This document shows, one piece after another, positions 23,498-32,000 of a stretch of DNA of 32,000 nt. The stretch's first letter is position 1, and each line of letters opens with the position of its first letter. The notes below the pieces were generated by a model. That model ran no database searches. It was not told the DNA's origin and saw only the letters and a list, made by a program, of their open reading frames with translations. The stretch spans positions 1,620,001 through 1,652,000 of the forward strand of contig NC_005072.1 of the NCBI RefSeq assembly GCF_000011465.1, given 5' to 3'. Both the position numbers and the translations under genes were made by a program. This DNA comes from Prochlorococcus marinus subsp. pastoris str. CCMP1986 (GTDB taxonomy: Bacteria; Cyanobacteriota; Cyanobacteriia; PCC-6307; Cyanobiaceae).

Positions 23498-24355
23498 ATG
23501 ATTACAAGTAAAACATCATTTCTTGCTTTGATTGGAAACCCAGTAAGTCATTCTTTGTCTCCAATTATGCAAAATGCAGCTATTCAATATTTAGGCCTTG
23601 ATTTAATTTATATGGCTATACCTTGTAAAAATGAAGACTTAGAAATAGTTGTTAATTCTATAAAAAAAATGAATTGTAAAGGTTTGAACATTACAATTCC
23701 TTTTAAGCAAAAAGTATTTGATATGTGTAGTGAAATATCTCCAGTTGCAAAGAAAGTGAAAGCTATTAATACCCTGAAATTAAACGATAATAAAAATTGG
23801 ATTGGAACAAATACTGATATTGATGGATTTATCTATCCTTTAAAAAATCTTAATTTAATAAAAAAGAGTTCATTAATTTTAGGTTCTGGAGGAGCAGCTA
23901 GATCAGTAATCCAAGGTCTAATAGAATTAAAATTATCAAAAATTACAATCATTTCACGAAAAAGAAATTCTTTAAATGAATTAATTACCAATTTTAAAAA
24001 TGATATCGAAATAAAAGGTTTGCTTAGTACTAATAACGAAATTAAAAATTTAATTCAAGAAACTGATTTAATAATCAATACAACTCCAGTAGGAATGAGC
24101 AATACCACTAATACTGATGAATTACCATTTGGTCAAGGTTTTTGGGATTCCATAAATTCCAAGACGATTGTTTATGACCTGATTTACAATCCTTCTCCCA
24201 CTCCGTTCTTAAAATTTTGCGATAAAAAAGGATGCATGACTATAGATGGTACTCAAATGCTAATTGCTCAAGGAGCAAAATCATTATCATTCTGGACAAA
24301 CGGATTAGAAGTACCTTATGAGGTTATGCATGATGCATTAAAAGAATATCTTTAA
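23498..24355 (+). CDS. aroE: Shikimate dehydrogenase
   Basis: 285 aa with ALIGNPVSHSLSPIMQNAA, GLNITIPFKQKV, NTDIDGF, LILGSGGAARSVI, INTTPVGM, DGTQMLIAQGAKSLSFWTN. Confidence 0.96.
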   Translation: MITSKTSFLALIGNPVSHSLSPIMQNAAIQYLGLDLIYMAIPCKNEDLEIVVNSIKKMNCKGLNITIPFKQKVFDMCSEISPVAKKVKAINTLKLNDNKNWIGTNTDIDGFIYPLKNLNLIKKSSLILGSGGAARSVIQGLIELKLSKITIISRKRNSLNELITNFKNDIEIKGLLSTNNEIKNLIQETDLIINTTPVGMSNTTNTDELPFGQGFWDSINSKTIVYDLIYNPSPTPFLKFCDKKGCMTIDGTQMLIAQGAKSLSFWTNGLEVPYEVMHDALKEYL

Positions 24356-24416
24356 TCAAAAAATTAAATGCTATTTATAAAGAATTTGACCTTGATAATG
24401 TATCGTAAGTAATGAA

Positions 24417-24458
24417 CAGACGCTCATTAAGCATATTCTGAGCCAAAGACCTTGTCTG
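24417..24458 (+). promoter_or_regulatory. Candidate structured 5' leader hairpin upstream of rpsF
   Basis: CAGAC(24417-24421) GCTCA(24422-24426), 12-nt loop, TGAGC(24439-24443), 10-nt one-sided bulge CAAAGACCTT, GTCTG(24454-24458); rpsF ATG at 24465. Ten perfectly complementary positions counted by hand. Confidence 0.5.
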
Positions 24459-24464
24459 AAAATT

Positions 24465-24929
24465 ATGACTGATCAAATTTATTACGAAACAATGTACATT
24501 CTTCGTCCCGATATAGCTGAGGACGAGGTAACTAATCATATAGATAAATATAATAAACTTCTTGAGGAATCAGGGGGTAAAATCCTCGACAGTCAAATGA
24601 GAGGTAAAAGAAGATTAGCTTATCAAATAGCAAAACATAGAGAAGGTATTTATGTTCAATTAAGTCATCAAGGTGATGGCCAACACATTTTCAAAATAGA
24701 AAAAGCAATGCGTTTAAGTGAAGATGTTATTAGATATTTAACAGTAAAACAAGAAGGACCTTTACCTACGCCAAGATCTTCAAATAAAGGATATAATCAA
24801 TCAGAGAAAAAAGATATTGAGAGTATTGATTCAACTAATAAATCAGAATTTAAAGAGGAAGCTAATGATAAAAAAACGGCAACTTCTGAATCTACATCAT
24901 CTCAAGGTAAAGAGTCTCAAAAGTCTTGA
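24465..24929 (+). CDS. rpsF: 30S ribosomal protein S6 (bS6)
   Basis: 154 aa with [38 protein letters not shown], followed by a hydrophilic Ser/Lys/Glu-rich C-terminal tail. Confidence 0.95.
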   Translation: MTDQIYYETMYILRPDIAEDEVTNHIDKYNKLLEESGGKILDSQMRGKRRLAYQIAKHREGIYVQLSHQGDGQHIFKIEKAMRLSEDVIRYLTVKQEGPLPTPRSSNKGYNQSEKKDIESIDSTNKSEFKEEANDKKTATSESTSSQGKESQKS

Positions 24930-24932
24930 ACG

Positions 24933-26147
24933 CTATTTATTCTTTTTTGAATTTAATTCTGCCCATATTTTATTGGACATCCCCCACATATAAATAAATC
25001 CTTCTGCTTGCTTGTGATTAAAAATATCATCTTTACTATAAGTTGCCAAATCTTCCCTATAGAGAGAGTTATTTTGAGAAGAACGACCAATTACTATCGC
25101 ATTTCCCTTATGTAATCTTATTTTGACCTTACCGTTAACAGATGATTGAGTGGAATCAATAAAACCATCTAATGCTTGCTTGAGAGGACCAAACCAAAAT
25201 CCCTGATAAACTAATTGACCCCATTTTTTTTCTACTATATTTTTAAAATCTAATACATCTGGATTTAATGTTATGCTTTCCAATTCTTTGTGAGCTTTTA
25301 TAAGAAGTAAAAGGCCGGGCGCCTCATAGATTTCTCTGCTCTTAATACCGACAACTCTATCTTCAATCATATCTATTCTTCCAAAGCCATGTTCGCCTGC
25401 TAGAGAATTAGCCTTTTGAATAATCTCTACAGGACTTAAAAATTCATTTCCTATTGCAATAGGAAATCCATTTTGAAATATAATTTCTACGTCTTTTGGA
25501 GCATTTGGTGCGTTATTAATAGATGAAGTCATATCAAAAACGTCTTCATCTGGTTCTTGCATTGGATCTTCCAATAAACCAGCTTCAATACTACGACCAA
25601 GAAGATTCACATCAATCGAATAAGGAGACTTCTTAGAAACAGGAGCTGGAATTCCAAATTTTTCACCATACAAAATAGCTTCTTCTCTACTCATCTTCCA
25701 TTCTCTAGCAGGTGTAATTATCTGTAAATCAGGTCCTAAAGCATGAATAGCCAAATCAAATCTTACTTGATCATTTCCTTTTCCTGTACAGCCGTGCGCC
25801 ACTGCATCAGCATTTAGTTCTCTTGCTAAATTTACGAGATTTTCAGCTATCAGTGGTCTAGCCAAAGCAGTTGATAAAGGATACTTTTCTCCATAAAGTG
25901 CATTCGCTCTAATAGCAGGAAAAGCATACTTTTCTACAAAATTATCTACTAAATTCCCAATCACAGATTTTGTTGCACCTGAATTTAAGGCTTTTTGTCT
26001 AACAATCTCTAAATCATCTCCTTGGCCAAGATCAGCTACAAAAGTTACAACTTCTGAAATACCGTATTCATTTTTTAAATATGGAATGCAGACACTAGTA
26101 TCAACTCCTCCAGAATATGCAAGAACAACTTTTTTTACCTGCTGCAT
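24933..26147 (-). CDS. argG: Argininosuccinate synthase
   Basis: 404 aa with [70 protein letters not shown]. Confidence 0.98.
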   Translation of the reverse strand: MQQVKKVVLAYSGGVDTSVCIPYLKNEYGISEVVTFVADLGQGDDLEIVRQKALNSGATKSVIGNLVDNFVEKYAFPAIRANALYGEKYPLSTALARPLIAENLVNLARELNADAVAHGCTGKGNDQVRFDLAIHALGPDLQIITPAREWKMSREEAILYGEKFGIPAPVSKKSPYSIDVNLLGRSIEAGLLEDPMQEPDEDVFDMTSSINNAPNAPKDVEIIFQNGFPIAIGNEFLSPVEIIQKANSLAGEHGFGRIDMIEDRVVGIKSREIYEAPGLLLLIKAHKELESITLNPDVLDFKNIVEKKWGQLVYQGFWFGPLKQALDGFIDSTQSSVNGKVKIRLHKGNAIVIGRSSQNNSLYREDLATYSKDDIFNHKQAEGFIYMWGMSNKIWAELNSKKNK

Positions 26148-26198
26148 TAAAATTTACCTCCAGTAAAGAAAGCTGAAATCCTAATTACTTTCAGCTTT

Positions 26199-26384
26199 CT
26201 AAATTTTATTAAAAACTAATATTATTGTAACTACAAGTGCCGGACCACAAACTAATAAAAGTACAAGATAATTATTAATTAATAAAAAATCTGGCTTTAA
26301 AAAGCCATAGTATTTAAAAAAAATGGCTAACAAGACTGACATTGGCCAAATTAGAAAATATTTTAAATTTTCTTTATCAAACAA
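26199..26384 (-). CDS. Small hypothetical membrane protein
   Basis: 61 aa ORF with two hydrophobic segments, collinear upstream of argG in an otherwise uncovered interval. Confidence 0.6.
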   Translation of the reverse strand: MFDKENLKYFLIWPMSVLLAIFFKYYGFLKPDFLLINNYLVLLLVCGPALVVTIILVFNKI

Positions 26385-26438
26385 AATTCTTCAAGTACAT
26401 GTTTATGTATTATGGTATATAAATAAAGATTTTTTTAA

Positions 26439-26717
26439 ATGGATTCTAATAAACTCAAAATTAGATTAAACGAAATTGCTGAAGTAAATCCAGCCTTAAC
26501 TTGCTATCACAGAGAAGACCCTGCTCCTGTACTGCCATTAAGAGAAGAACCTGATTTGCTATCTTGGCTAGAAGACACAGGCAGACTTGTAAACGAAAAA
26601 GATGGAGATTCTCAAGAGATAAGTACAATTGAAGAAGAAGAACTTTCAGCTTTAATGGGAGAAAAAGAAGATTATAAAACCGAAGAAGACGTTTCAAATG
26701 ATGATTGGGAAGACTAG
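26439..26717 (+). CDS. Small acidic conserved cyanobacterial protein (DUF3134-like)
   Basis: 92 aa ORF (NPALTCYHREDPAPVLPLREEPDLLSWLEDTGRL) with a very acidic C-terminus; family assignment from memory of the motif. Confidence 0.65.
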   Translation: MDSNKLKIRLNEIAEVNPALTCYHREDPAPVLPLREEPDLLSWLEDTGRLVNEKDGDSQEISTIEEEELSALMGEKEDYKTEEDVSNDDWED

Positions 26718-27777
26718 ATCGCTAACTTTTACATCATTATTTTTTTTACTTGTAATTTCATTAATAGTAAATTCTTACATTTTCAATAGTTTACTAATAA
26801 TTAATATTTTTCTAATATCAAGTTTAATTTCCTTAGTAATAACAAAATATGGTTTTAAAATAATTTCACGATTAAATTTATTACAAAATATTAGAAGTGA
26901 AGGTCCATCTCTTCATTTTAATAAAACAAATACTCCTACGATGGGCGGAATATTTATTATTTTGCCCTTTTTATTACTACTTTTAATAGTTAATAATTAC
27001 GTTGATTCTGTTGGTATATTATTATTATTTTTTTGTACTATAAGTTTTTTTATTATAGGATTTTTAGACGATTATTTAAGTATTGCAAACAAAAAAAATG
27101 CAGGTCTAAAATCTAATGAAAAATTTACATTACAAGCTTTAATTGCAGTTTTATTTATCATATTTGCAAGTCAAAGCAATTATATTAATCCTTTGATCAC
27201 TATATCTAATAATTGGAATATGGATACTAATATAGTAATTTTTCCAATCTGTTTTTTAACTTTAGTAGGTTTAAGTAATGCAGTAAATTTGACTGACGGC
27301 CTAGATGGATTAGCAGCTGGATGTAGCGCAATAGTTTTTTTTGGACTTGGTACGGAAATATTTATTAAAGGTCAAAAAGATTTAATAATTTATGGTCTTA
27401 TTTCCTATGCAATGTCAGGTTTGTGTATAGGTTTTCTAAAATACAACAAATATCCTGCAAAGATATTTATGGGAGATACTGGATCTTTAACAATTGGTGC
27501 GGCGTTAGGATCTATTTCAATATTAACTAATAGTTTTTTTACGTTATTTATTATCTCAGGGATATTTATTACTGAAGCTCTATCAGTAATGATTCAAGTA
27601 AGTTTTTTTAAAATCACCAAAAAGTTATTTAAAAAAGGGAAAAGAGTCTTTTTGATGACACCAATACATCATCATTTTGAACTAAAGGGTATCAAAGAAG
27701 AGAAAATAGTTGAAAACTTCTGGAAAGTAAACATATTACTTATTGTTTTAGGTATAGTTTTAAAAATAAATCTTTGA
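26698..27777 (+). CDS. mraY: Phospho-N-acetylmuramoyl-pentapeptide transferase
   Basis: 359 aa multi-pass protein with GPSLHFNKTNTPTMGGIFI, FLDDYLSIANKKNAGLKSNEKF, NLTDGLDGLAAGC, FMGDTGSLTIGAALG, TPIHHHFELKG. Overlaps the preceding ORF by 20 nt. Confidence 0.96.
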   Translation: MMIGKTRSLTFTSLFFLLVISLIVNSYIFNSLLIINIFLISSLISLVITKYGFKIISRLNLLQNIRSEGPSLHFNKTNTPTMGGIFIILPFLLLLLIVNNYVDSVGILLLFFCTISFFIIGFLDDYLSIANKKNAGLKSNEKFTLQALIAVLFIIFASQSNYINPLITISNNWNMDTNIVIFPICFLTLVGLSNAVNLTDGLDGLAAGCSAIVFFGLGTEIFIKGQKDLIIYGLISYAMSGLCIGFLKYNKYPAKIFMGDTGSLTIGAALGSISILTNSFFTLFIISGIFITEALSVMIQVSFFKITKKLFKKGKRVFLMTPIHHHFELKGIKEEKIVENFWKVNILLIVLGIVLKINL

Positions 27778-27787
27778 ATTATTAAGT

Positions 27788-28051
27788 ATGAGTTTCTTTA
27801 CTTGGAAGGATGATGGCTTAACAAGTGACTGTGTCAGTCTTGATGCAATGGCATCTCGATTTGAAGAAACAGCTAAGCTAATAAAAAAATTATCTGAAAA
27901 AGGCTTTAAATTAAAAAAAACGCAAAAGCATCAGTTAATCATTCATTCTGATCCACAAATTTTTGATCAATGGGGTTTTATAAGTGAGGAACTACCTTTC
28001 AAACAACTTTCTTTAATTCCTGATGATGAAACTATTGTCGATTTTTCATAG
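27788..28051 (+). CDS. Small hypothetical protein
   Basis: 87 aa ORF 10 nt after mraY, ATG start, same strand; composition looks like a real protein (MSFFTWKDDGLTSDCVSLDAMASRFEETAKLIKKLSEKGF). Confidence 0.65.
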   Translation: MSFFTWKDDGLTSDCVSLDAMASRFEETAKLIKKLSEKGFKLKKTQKHQLIIHSDPQIFDQWGFISEELPFKQLSLIPDDETIVDFS

Positions 28052-29373
28052 TGGCCTTGCAAGATTGATAGATAATTTCTGACATGAGTATTCCAACTAA
28101 AATGTCTATGGACTCCTTCGATTCCATTTCTACTCCATAACTTCCATTGAGAACTATTTGAAATACCTTTTTCAAGAGCAATTTTCAACTGATTAATGTC
28201 AGTTACATTTACTAATAAGCCATTTTCACATTTTGCATGAATTTCATTAGGACCTCCATCATCTGTAGCAATAATTGGTAAACCACATGAAGAAGCTTCA
28301 AGTAATGTTAATCCAAAAGGTTCTGTTAATGCAGGATTGACAAAAATTCCTCCACTACTAGCTGCCCATCTATATATAGAAGGAATATTTGCTGGAGAGT
28401 GTTTTTTGGGATAGGCCACTTTTCCATATAAATTATATTTGTCTATCATTTCAAAAATCTTTTGGAAAACATCTCTTTGTTGAGAATCAAGTTTAAATGT
28501 ATTGTCCCTACAACCTAAAACTAAAACTAAGTTAGTTTTTCTTTTTAATTTTTCTGATCGTCCATAAGCTTCTACTAAAGAAGGAATATTTTTTCTTCTT
28601 ACTGCTCTAGAAATAGCCAAAATAGGAGGCTTTCTTATATCTTTCAAAAAAGGAATCATCATATTATCAATTTCAGAGGTCTCGGTTGTTGAATGAATAT
28701 GATGAAACTTAGTATGATCAACTCCAGGAGCAATAACTTTTGATTTTTCGGATGAAAAAGAGTGATATTGAGAATATTGAGATACAGATTCTTGTTTAGT
28801 GCTTGTCACAACGATATCCGCATATTTTAAAGACTCTTCTTCTGCATTAATTCTTTCGCTTATACAGTAAAGCTTTTCAATTTGATTAATTTTTAAACCA
28901 GCCTCGAGTAATTTTCTTTTTTTCTCTCTTCCTAAAGAATGCCCGGTGAAAATAAAAGGTACTTTTAAAGCTTGACTTAATCTAACGCCCACATAGCCAG
29001 CATCTGCATAATGAGCATGGATAAAGCTTGGCTTATTTTCGTATTTTTGATAATGCTGAATAAGATTTTGAGTTAATTCATCTAAATAAGGCCAAAATAA
29101 TTCTTTTCTTAAATACTTATTGGGTCCAAATTGAAATCTTAAAATTCGTGCTCCCGGTGCAATAAATTCTTGCTTTTTTGAATAAGAACTATCAATTTTA
29201 CTATCTTTAATGAGACGTGTAACTATATCAACTTGATCAACCTCTGAAGTATTAGCCAAGCTTTTTACCAATTCCAAAACATATTGCGTTTGACCACCAG
29301 TGTCTGAATCTCTACCTAATTCAAGATTATTAGAACGTATTAAACCATGCAAATGTAAATATAAAAATTTCAA
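27967..29373 (-). CDS. sps: Sucrose-phosphate synthase glycosyltransferase domain (GT4); no C-terminal SPP-like HAD domain in the ORF
   Basis: 468 aa with GRDSDTGGQTQYVLELVKSLA, TGHSLGREKKRKLL, VNPALTEPFGLTLLEASSCGLPIIATDDGGPNEI, HFSWNTHVRNYLSIL. Starts at TTG (29371-29373); TGA stop at 27967-27969. Confidence 0.88.
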   Translation of the reverse strand: MKFLYLHLHGLIRSNNLELGRDSDTGGQTQYVLELVKSLANTSEVDQVDIVTRLIKDSKIDSSYSKKQEFIAPGARILRFQFGPNKYLRKELFWPYLDELTQNLIQHYQKYENKPSFIHAHYADAGYVGVRLSQALKVPFIFTGHSLGREKKRKLLEAGLKINQIEKLYCISERINAEEESLKYADIVVTSTKQESVSQYSQYHSFSSEKSKVIAPGVDHTKFHHIHSTTETSEIDNMMIPFLKDIRKPPILAISRAVRRKNIPSLVEAYGRSEKLKRKTNLVLVLGCRDNTFKLDSQQRDVFQKIFEMIDKYNLYGKVAYPKKHSPANIPSIYRWAASSGGIFVNPALTEPFGLTLLEASSCGLPIIATDDGGPNEIHAKCENGLLVNVTDINQLKIALEKGISNSSQWKLWSRNGIEGVHRHFSWNTHVRNYLSILQGHYEKSTIVSSSGIKESCLKGSSSLIKPH

Positions 29374-29574
29374 ACTAATTTAGGATTTCAAATTACCCTA
29401 TTACTAATAAGATATATATTAACGTAGAAATATAAAGAAAACATTATGATTTTTTATTTTAAAAAAGTTATAACTACTAAAAGTCAAACTATCATTAATT
29501 TTTTACCACTTAAAAAAAAAATAATTTTACAAATTAAATATTAACAATACGAAGAAATATAACTGATTATAAGC

Positions 29575-32000
29575 TTAATTTAAAGCTTCTTTTAAATATT
29601 TAGCTGTATAACTTATTGGATGCTTCGCAACATCTTCAGGTGTACCCTCAACTATAACTTCTCCACCTTTATCACCTCCATCAGGTCCAAGATCAATTAT
29701 CCAGTCTGAACATCTAATAACGTCCAAATTATGCTCAATGACAACTACGGAATTACCTTTATCTACTAAACGTTGAATAACATCCATTAATTTATGAACA
29801 TCATAAAAGCTTAACCCAGTTGTTGGCTCATCAATTAAATATAAAGTTTTTCCAGTAGCTCTTTTAGATAATTCAGTTGCTAATTTTACTCTTTGTGCTT
29901 CGCCGCCAGATAGTGTTGGAGCTGGCTGGCCCAACTTCACGTAACCAAGACCTACATCAACTAATGTAGATAATCTATCAGCTGCTTGAGGGATCGCGGA
30001 AAAAGTTTCTGCAGCCTGCTCAACAGTCATTTCTAAAACATCAGAAATATTAAAGCCTTTGTATTTAACTTGAAGAGTTTCTCTATTAAAACGAGCTCCC
30101 TTACATACATCGCATTGAACATAGACATCGGGTAAAAAATTCATTTCAATTACATTTACTCCTTGTCCTCGACAAGCTTCACATCTACCTCCTTTTACAT
30201 TAAAGCTGAATTGCCCAGCTTGATAACCTCTGGCTTTAGCTTCTACAGTCGCAGTAAATAACTGTCTAATTGGATCAAAAGCCCCTGTATAAGTTGCAGG
30301 GTTTGATCTAGGAGTTCTTCCAATAGGAGATTGATCAATAACAATTACCTTATCTATAGCTTTTATCCCTTTTAACTCTTTAACACCTTTAGGGAAAGGT
30401 ACTTTTAAACCAAGAGAATGACTAAGCGCAGGATGTAATAATTCATTAACTAATGTACTTTTTCCACTTCCACTCACTCCGGTTACGGAAACTAATCTGC
30501 CCAAAGGAAATTCAACTGATATATCTTTTAAATTATTTTTAACGCAGTTATTTAAAATTAAACTTTTCTTGACTGAAGATCTACGTTCTTTAGGAGTAGG
30601 AATCGATTTTCTTCCACTGAGATATGCTCCAGTTAATGACTTCTTTGAATTTAAAACATCTTCAAATGAACCTTTTGCAATAATTTCCCCTCCATAAACT
30701 CCTGCACCTGGTCCAATATCCACTAAGTAATCAGCTGATTTCATAGTATCTTCATCATGTTCAACAACAACAAGAGTATTTCCCAAATCTCTGAGATTTT
30801 TTAAAGTTTCCAGTAATTTATCATTATCTCTTTGGTGTAAACCAATACTAGGTTCATCCAATACATATAAAACACCAGTTAAGCCAGCTCCAATTTGAGT
30901 TGCTAATCTTATACGTTGTGCTTCTCCTCCTGATAAAGTCATTGCTGGTCTATCTAAAGTTAAATAATCTAAACCGACATTAATAAGAAACTTTAAACGC
31001 AGGCGAATTTCTTTTAAAACTAGTTCACCTATTTGTTTTTGTTTCTCGGATAAAGAAATATTTTCTTTTATATTTTTACTTAACCCCATTATTTTCTCGA
31101 TATTAAATAAAGTTTCTGAGATACTTATAGAGGTCAAATCAGTAATACTGTAAGGCCCAATCTTAACGGCAAGTGCTTCTGGTTTTAATCTTTTACCAGA
31201 ACATGTTTTACAAGGGACTAATTCTAAATATTTTTCAAGCTTTTGCTTGACTGATTCTCCATTAGTTTCGGTTAATTGCCTTTCTAAAATAGGCAAGATT
31301 CCTTCAAAAGGTCTTTCGAAACCACTAGTACCCTTAAAACGACTATCAGCTTGAATTACGATTGGCTTATCAGAACCAGAAAGTAAAACATTTTTTTGTA
31401 AATCACTCAAATCTTTCCATGGTGTTTTTAATTCAAAACCATAAGCTTGGCCAACTGAATAAAGTAATGAAAAATAATAAGTATTATCTTTTTCACTCCA
31501 AGGAGCTATGGCAGCATAAACAGGTAAAGAAGGGTCAGGTATTACTCTATCTGCAGTAAATTTTTTTAAATATCCAATACCATGGCAATCAGGGCAGGCA
31601 CCGTAGGGACTGTTAAAAGAAAATAGTCTTGGAGACAACTCTTCGACAATAGATCCATGAATTGGACATGCATAATTCTCTGAATATAACTTTTCTTTAT
31701 CTAGATTCGGAGGTAGAGTTTCGCCTTTTTTTGGAACAACTTCTACGATAGAGAGTCCATCCCCTCTTTTAAGGCAAGTTTGTAAAGAGTCATTCAATCT
31801 TTCCTGAATTCCCTCTCTCGCAATCAATCGATCAACTACTACCTCAATATTATGAGTATGGTTTTTGTCTAGTTCAATACTATCTGCAAGTTCCCTTACC
31901 TCACCATTAATTCTTACTCGAGCAAAGCCTTCTGCTGCTAATCCACTAAGTAATTTTGCATGAGTTCCTTTTTTACCCCTCACAACAGGTGCAAGTAATT
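29575..32000 (-). CDS. uvrA: Excinuclease ABC subunit A (5' end outside the window)
   Basis: 802+ aa with GGRCEACRGQGVNVIEMNFLPDVYVQCDVCKGARFNRETL, TLSGGEAQRIRLATQIGAGLTGVLYVLDEPSIGLHQRD, TLSGGEAQRVKLATELS. The frame stays open past the GTG at 31981-31983 (LLAPVVRGKKG), so the true start lies beyond position 32000. Confidence 0.98.
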   Translation of the reverse strand, partial: LLAPVVRGKKGTHAKLLSGLAAEGFARVRINGEVRELADSIELDKNHTHNIEVVVDRLIAREGIQERLNDSLQTCLKRGDGLSIVEVVPKKGETLPPNLDKEKLYSENYACPIHGSIVEELSPRLFSFNSPYGACPDCHGIGYLKKFTADRVIPDPSLPVYAAIAPWSEKDNTYYFSLLYSVGQAYGFELKTPWKDLSDLQKNVLLSGSDKPIVIQADSRFKGTSGFERPFEGILPILERQLTETNGESVKQKLEKYLELVPCKTCSGKRLKPEALAVKIGPYSITDLTSISISETLFNIEKIMGLSKNIKENISLSEKQKQIGELVLKEIRLRLKFLINVGLDYLTLDRPAMTLSGGEAQRIRLATQIGAGLTGVLYVLDEPSIGLHQRDNDKLLETLKNLRDLGNTLVVVEHDEDTMKSADYLVDIGPGAGVYGGEIIAKGSFEDVLNSKKSLTGAYLSGRKSIPTPKERRSSVKKSLILNNCVKNNLKDISVEFPLGRLVSVTGVSGSGKSTLVNELLHPALSHSLGLKVPFPKGVKELKGIKAIDKVIVIDQSPIGRTPRSNPATYTGAFDPIRQLFTATVEAKARGYQAGQFSFNVKGGRCEACRGQGVNVIEMNFLPDVYVQCDVCKGARFNRETLQVKYKGFNISDVLEMTVEQAAETFSAIPQAADRLSTLVDVGLGYVKLGQPAPTLSGGEAQRVKLATELSKRATGKTLYLIDEPTTGLSFYDVHKLMDVIQRLVDKGNSVVVIEHNLDVIRCSDWIIDLGPDGGDKGGEVIVEGTPEDVAKHPISYTAKYLKEALN

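Noticed and set aside
26461-26697. 78 aa minus-strand ORF opposite the small acidic protein gene
   Set aside because: Leu-rich translation produced by the reverse complement of Glu/Lys/Gln-rich codons; the plus-strand ORF has better coding character.

Overview
AT-rich, densely packed cyanobacterial core-genome segment. Gene content and order (agmatinase tail-gcvT-aspS-pyrG-queE-queC-pabB-pabC, cobA, MFS, ppk1, group-2 sigma factor, DAHP synthase, acnB, CLC, purU, dnaK2, aroE, rpsF, argG, mraY, sucrose-phosphate synthase, uvrA) look like a high-light Prochlorococcus; the taxon is an inference. I see no tRNA, rRNA, CRISPR, transposase, integrase, phage module or defence island, and I do not see an undescribed multi-gene system. 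The observations most worth a second look are: (1) a bulged hairpin (CAGACGCTCA...TGAGC-[10 nt]-GTCTG) directly upstream of the rpsF start, a candidate S6:S18-type autoregulatory leader; (2) a sucrose-phosphate synthase ORF that ends after the glycosyltransferase domain, with its last ~27 codons antisense to a convergent small ORF, which suggests loss of the C-terminal phosphatase-like domain; (3) hairpin potential in the dnaK leader; (4) a tightly coupled queE-queC-pabB-pabC gene string. The first gene (probable speB) and the last gene (uvrA) are cut by the window edges.
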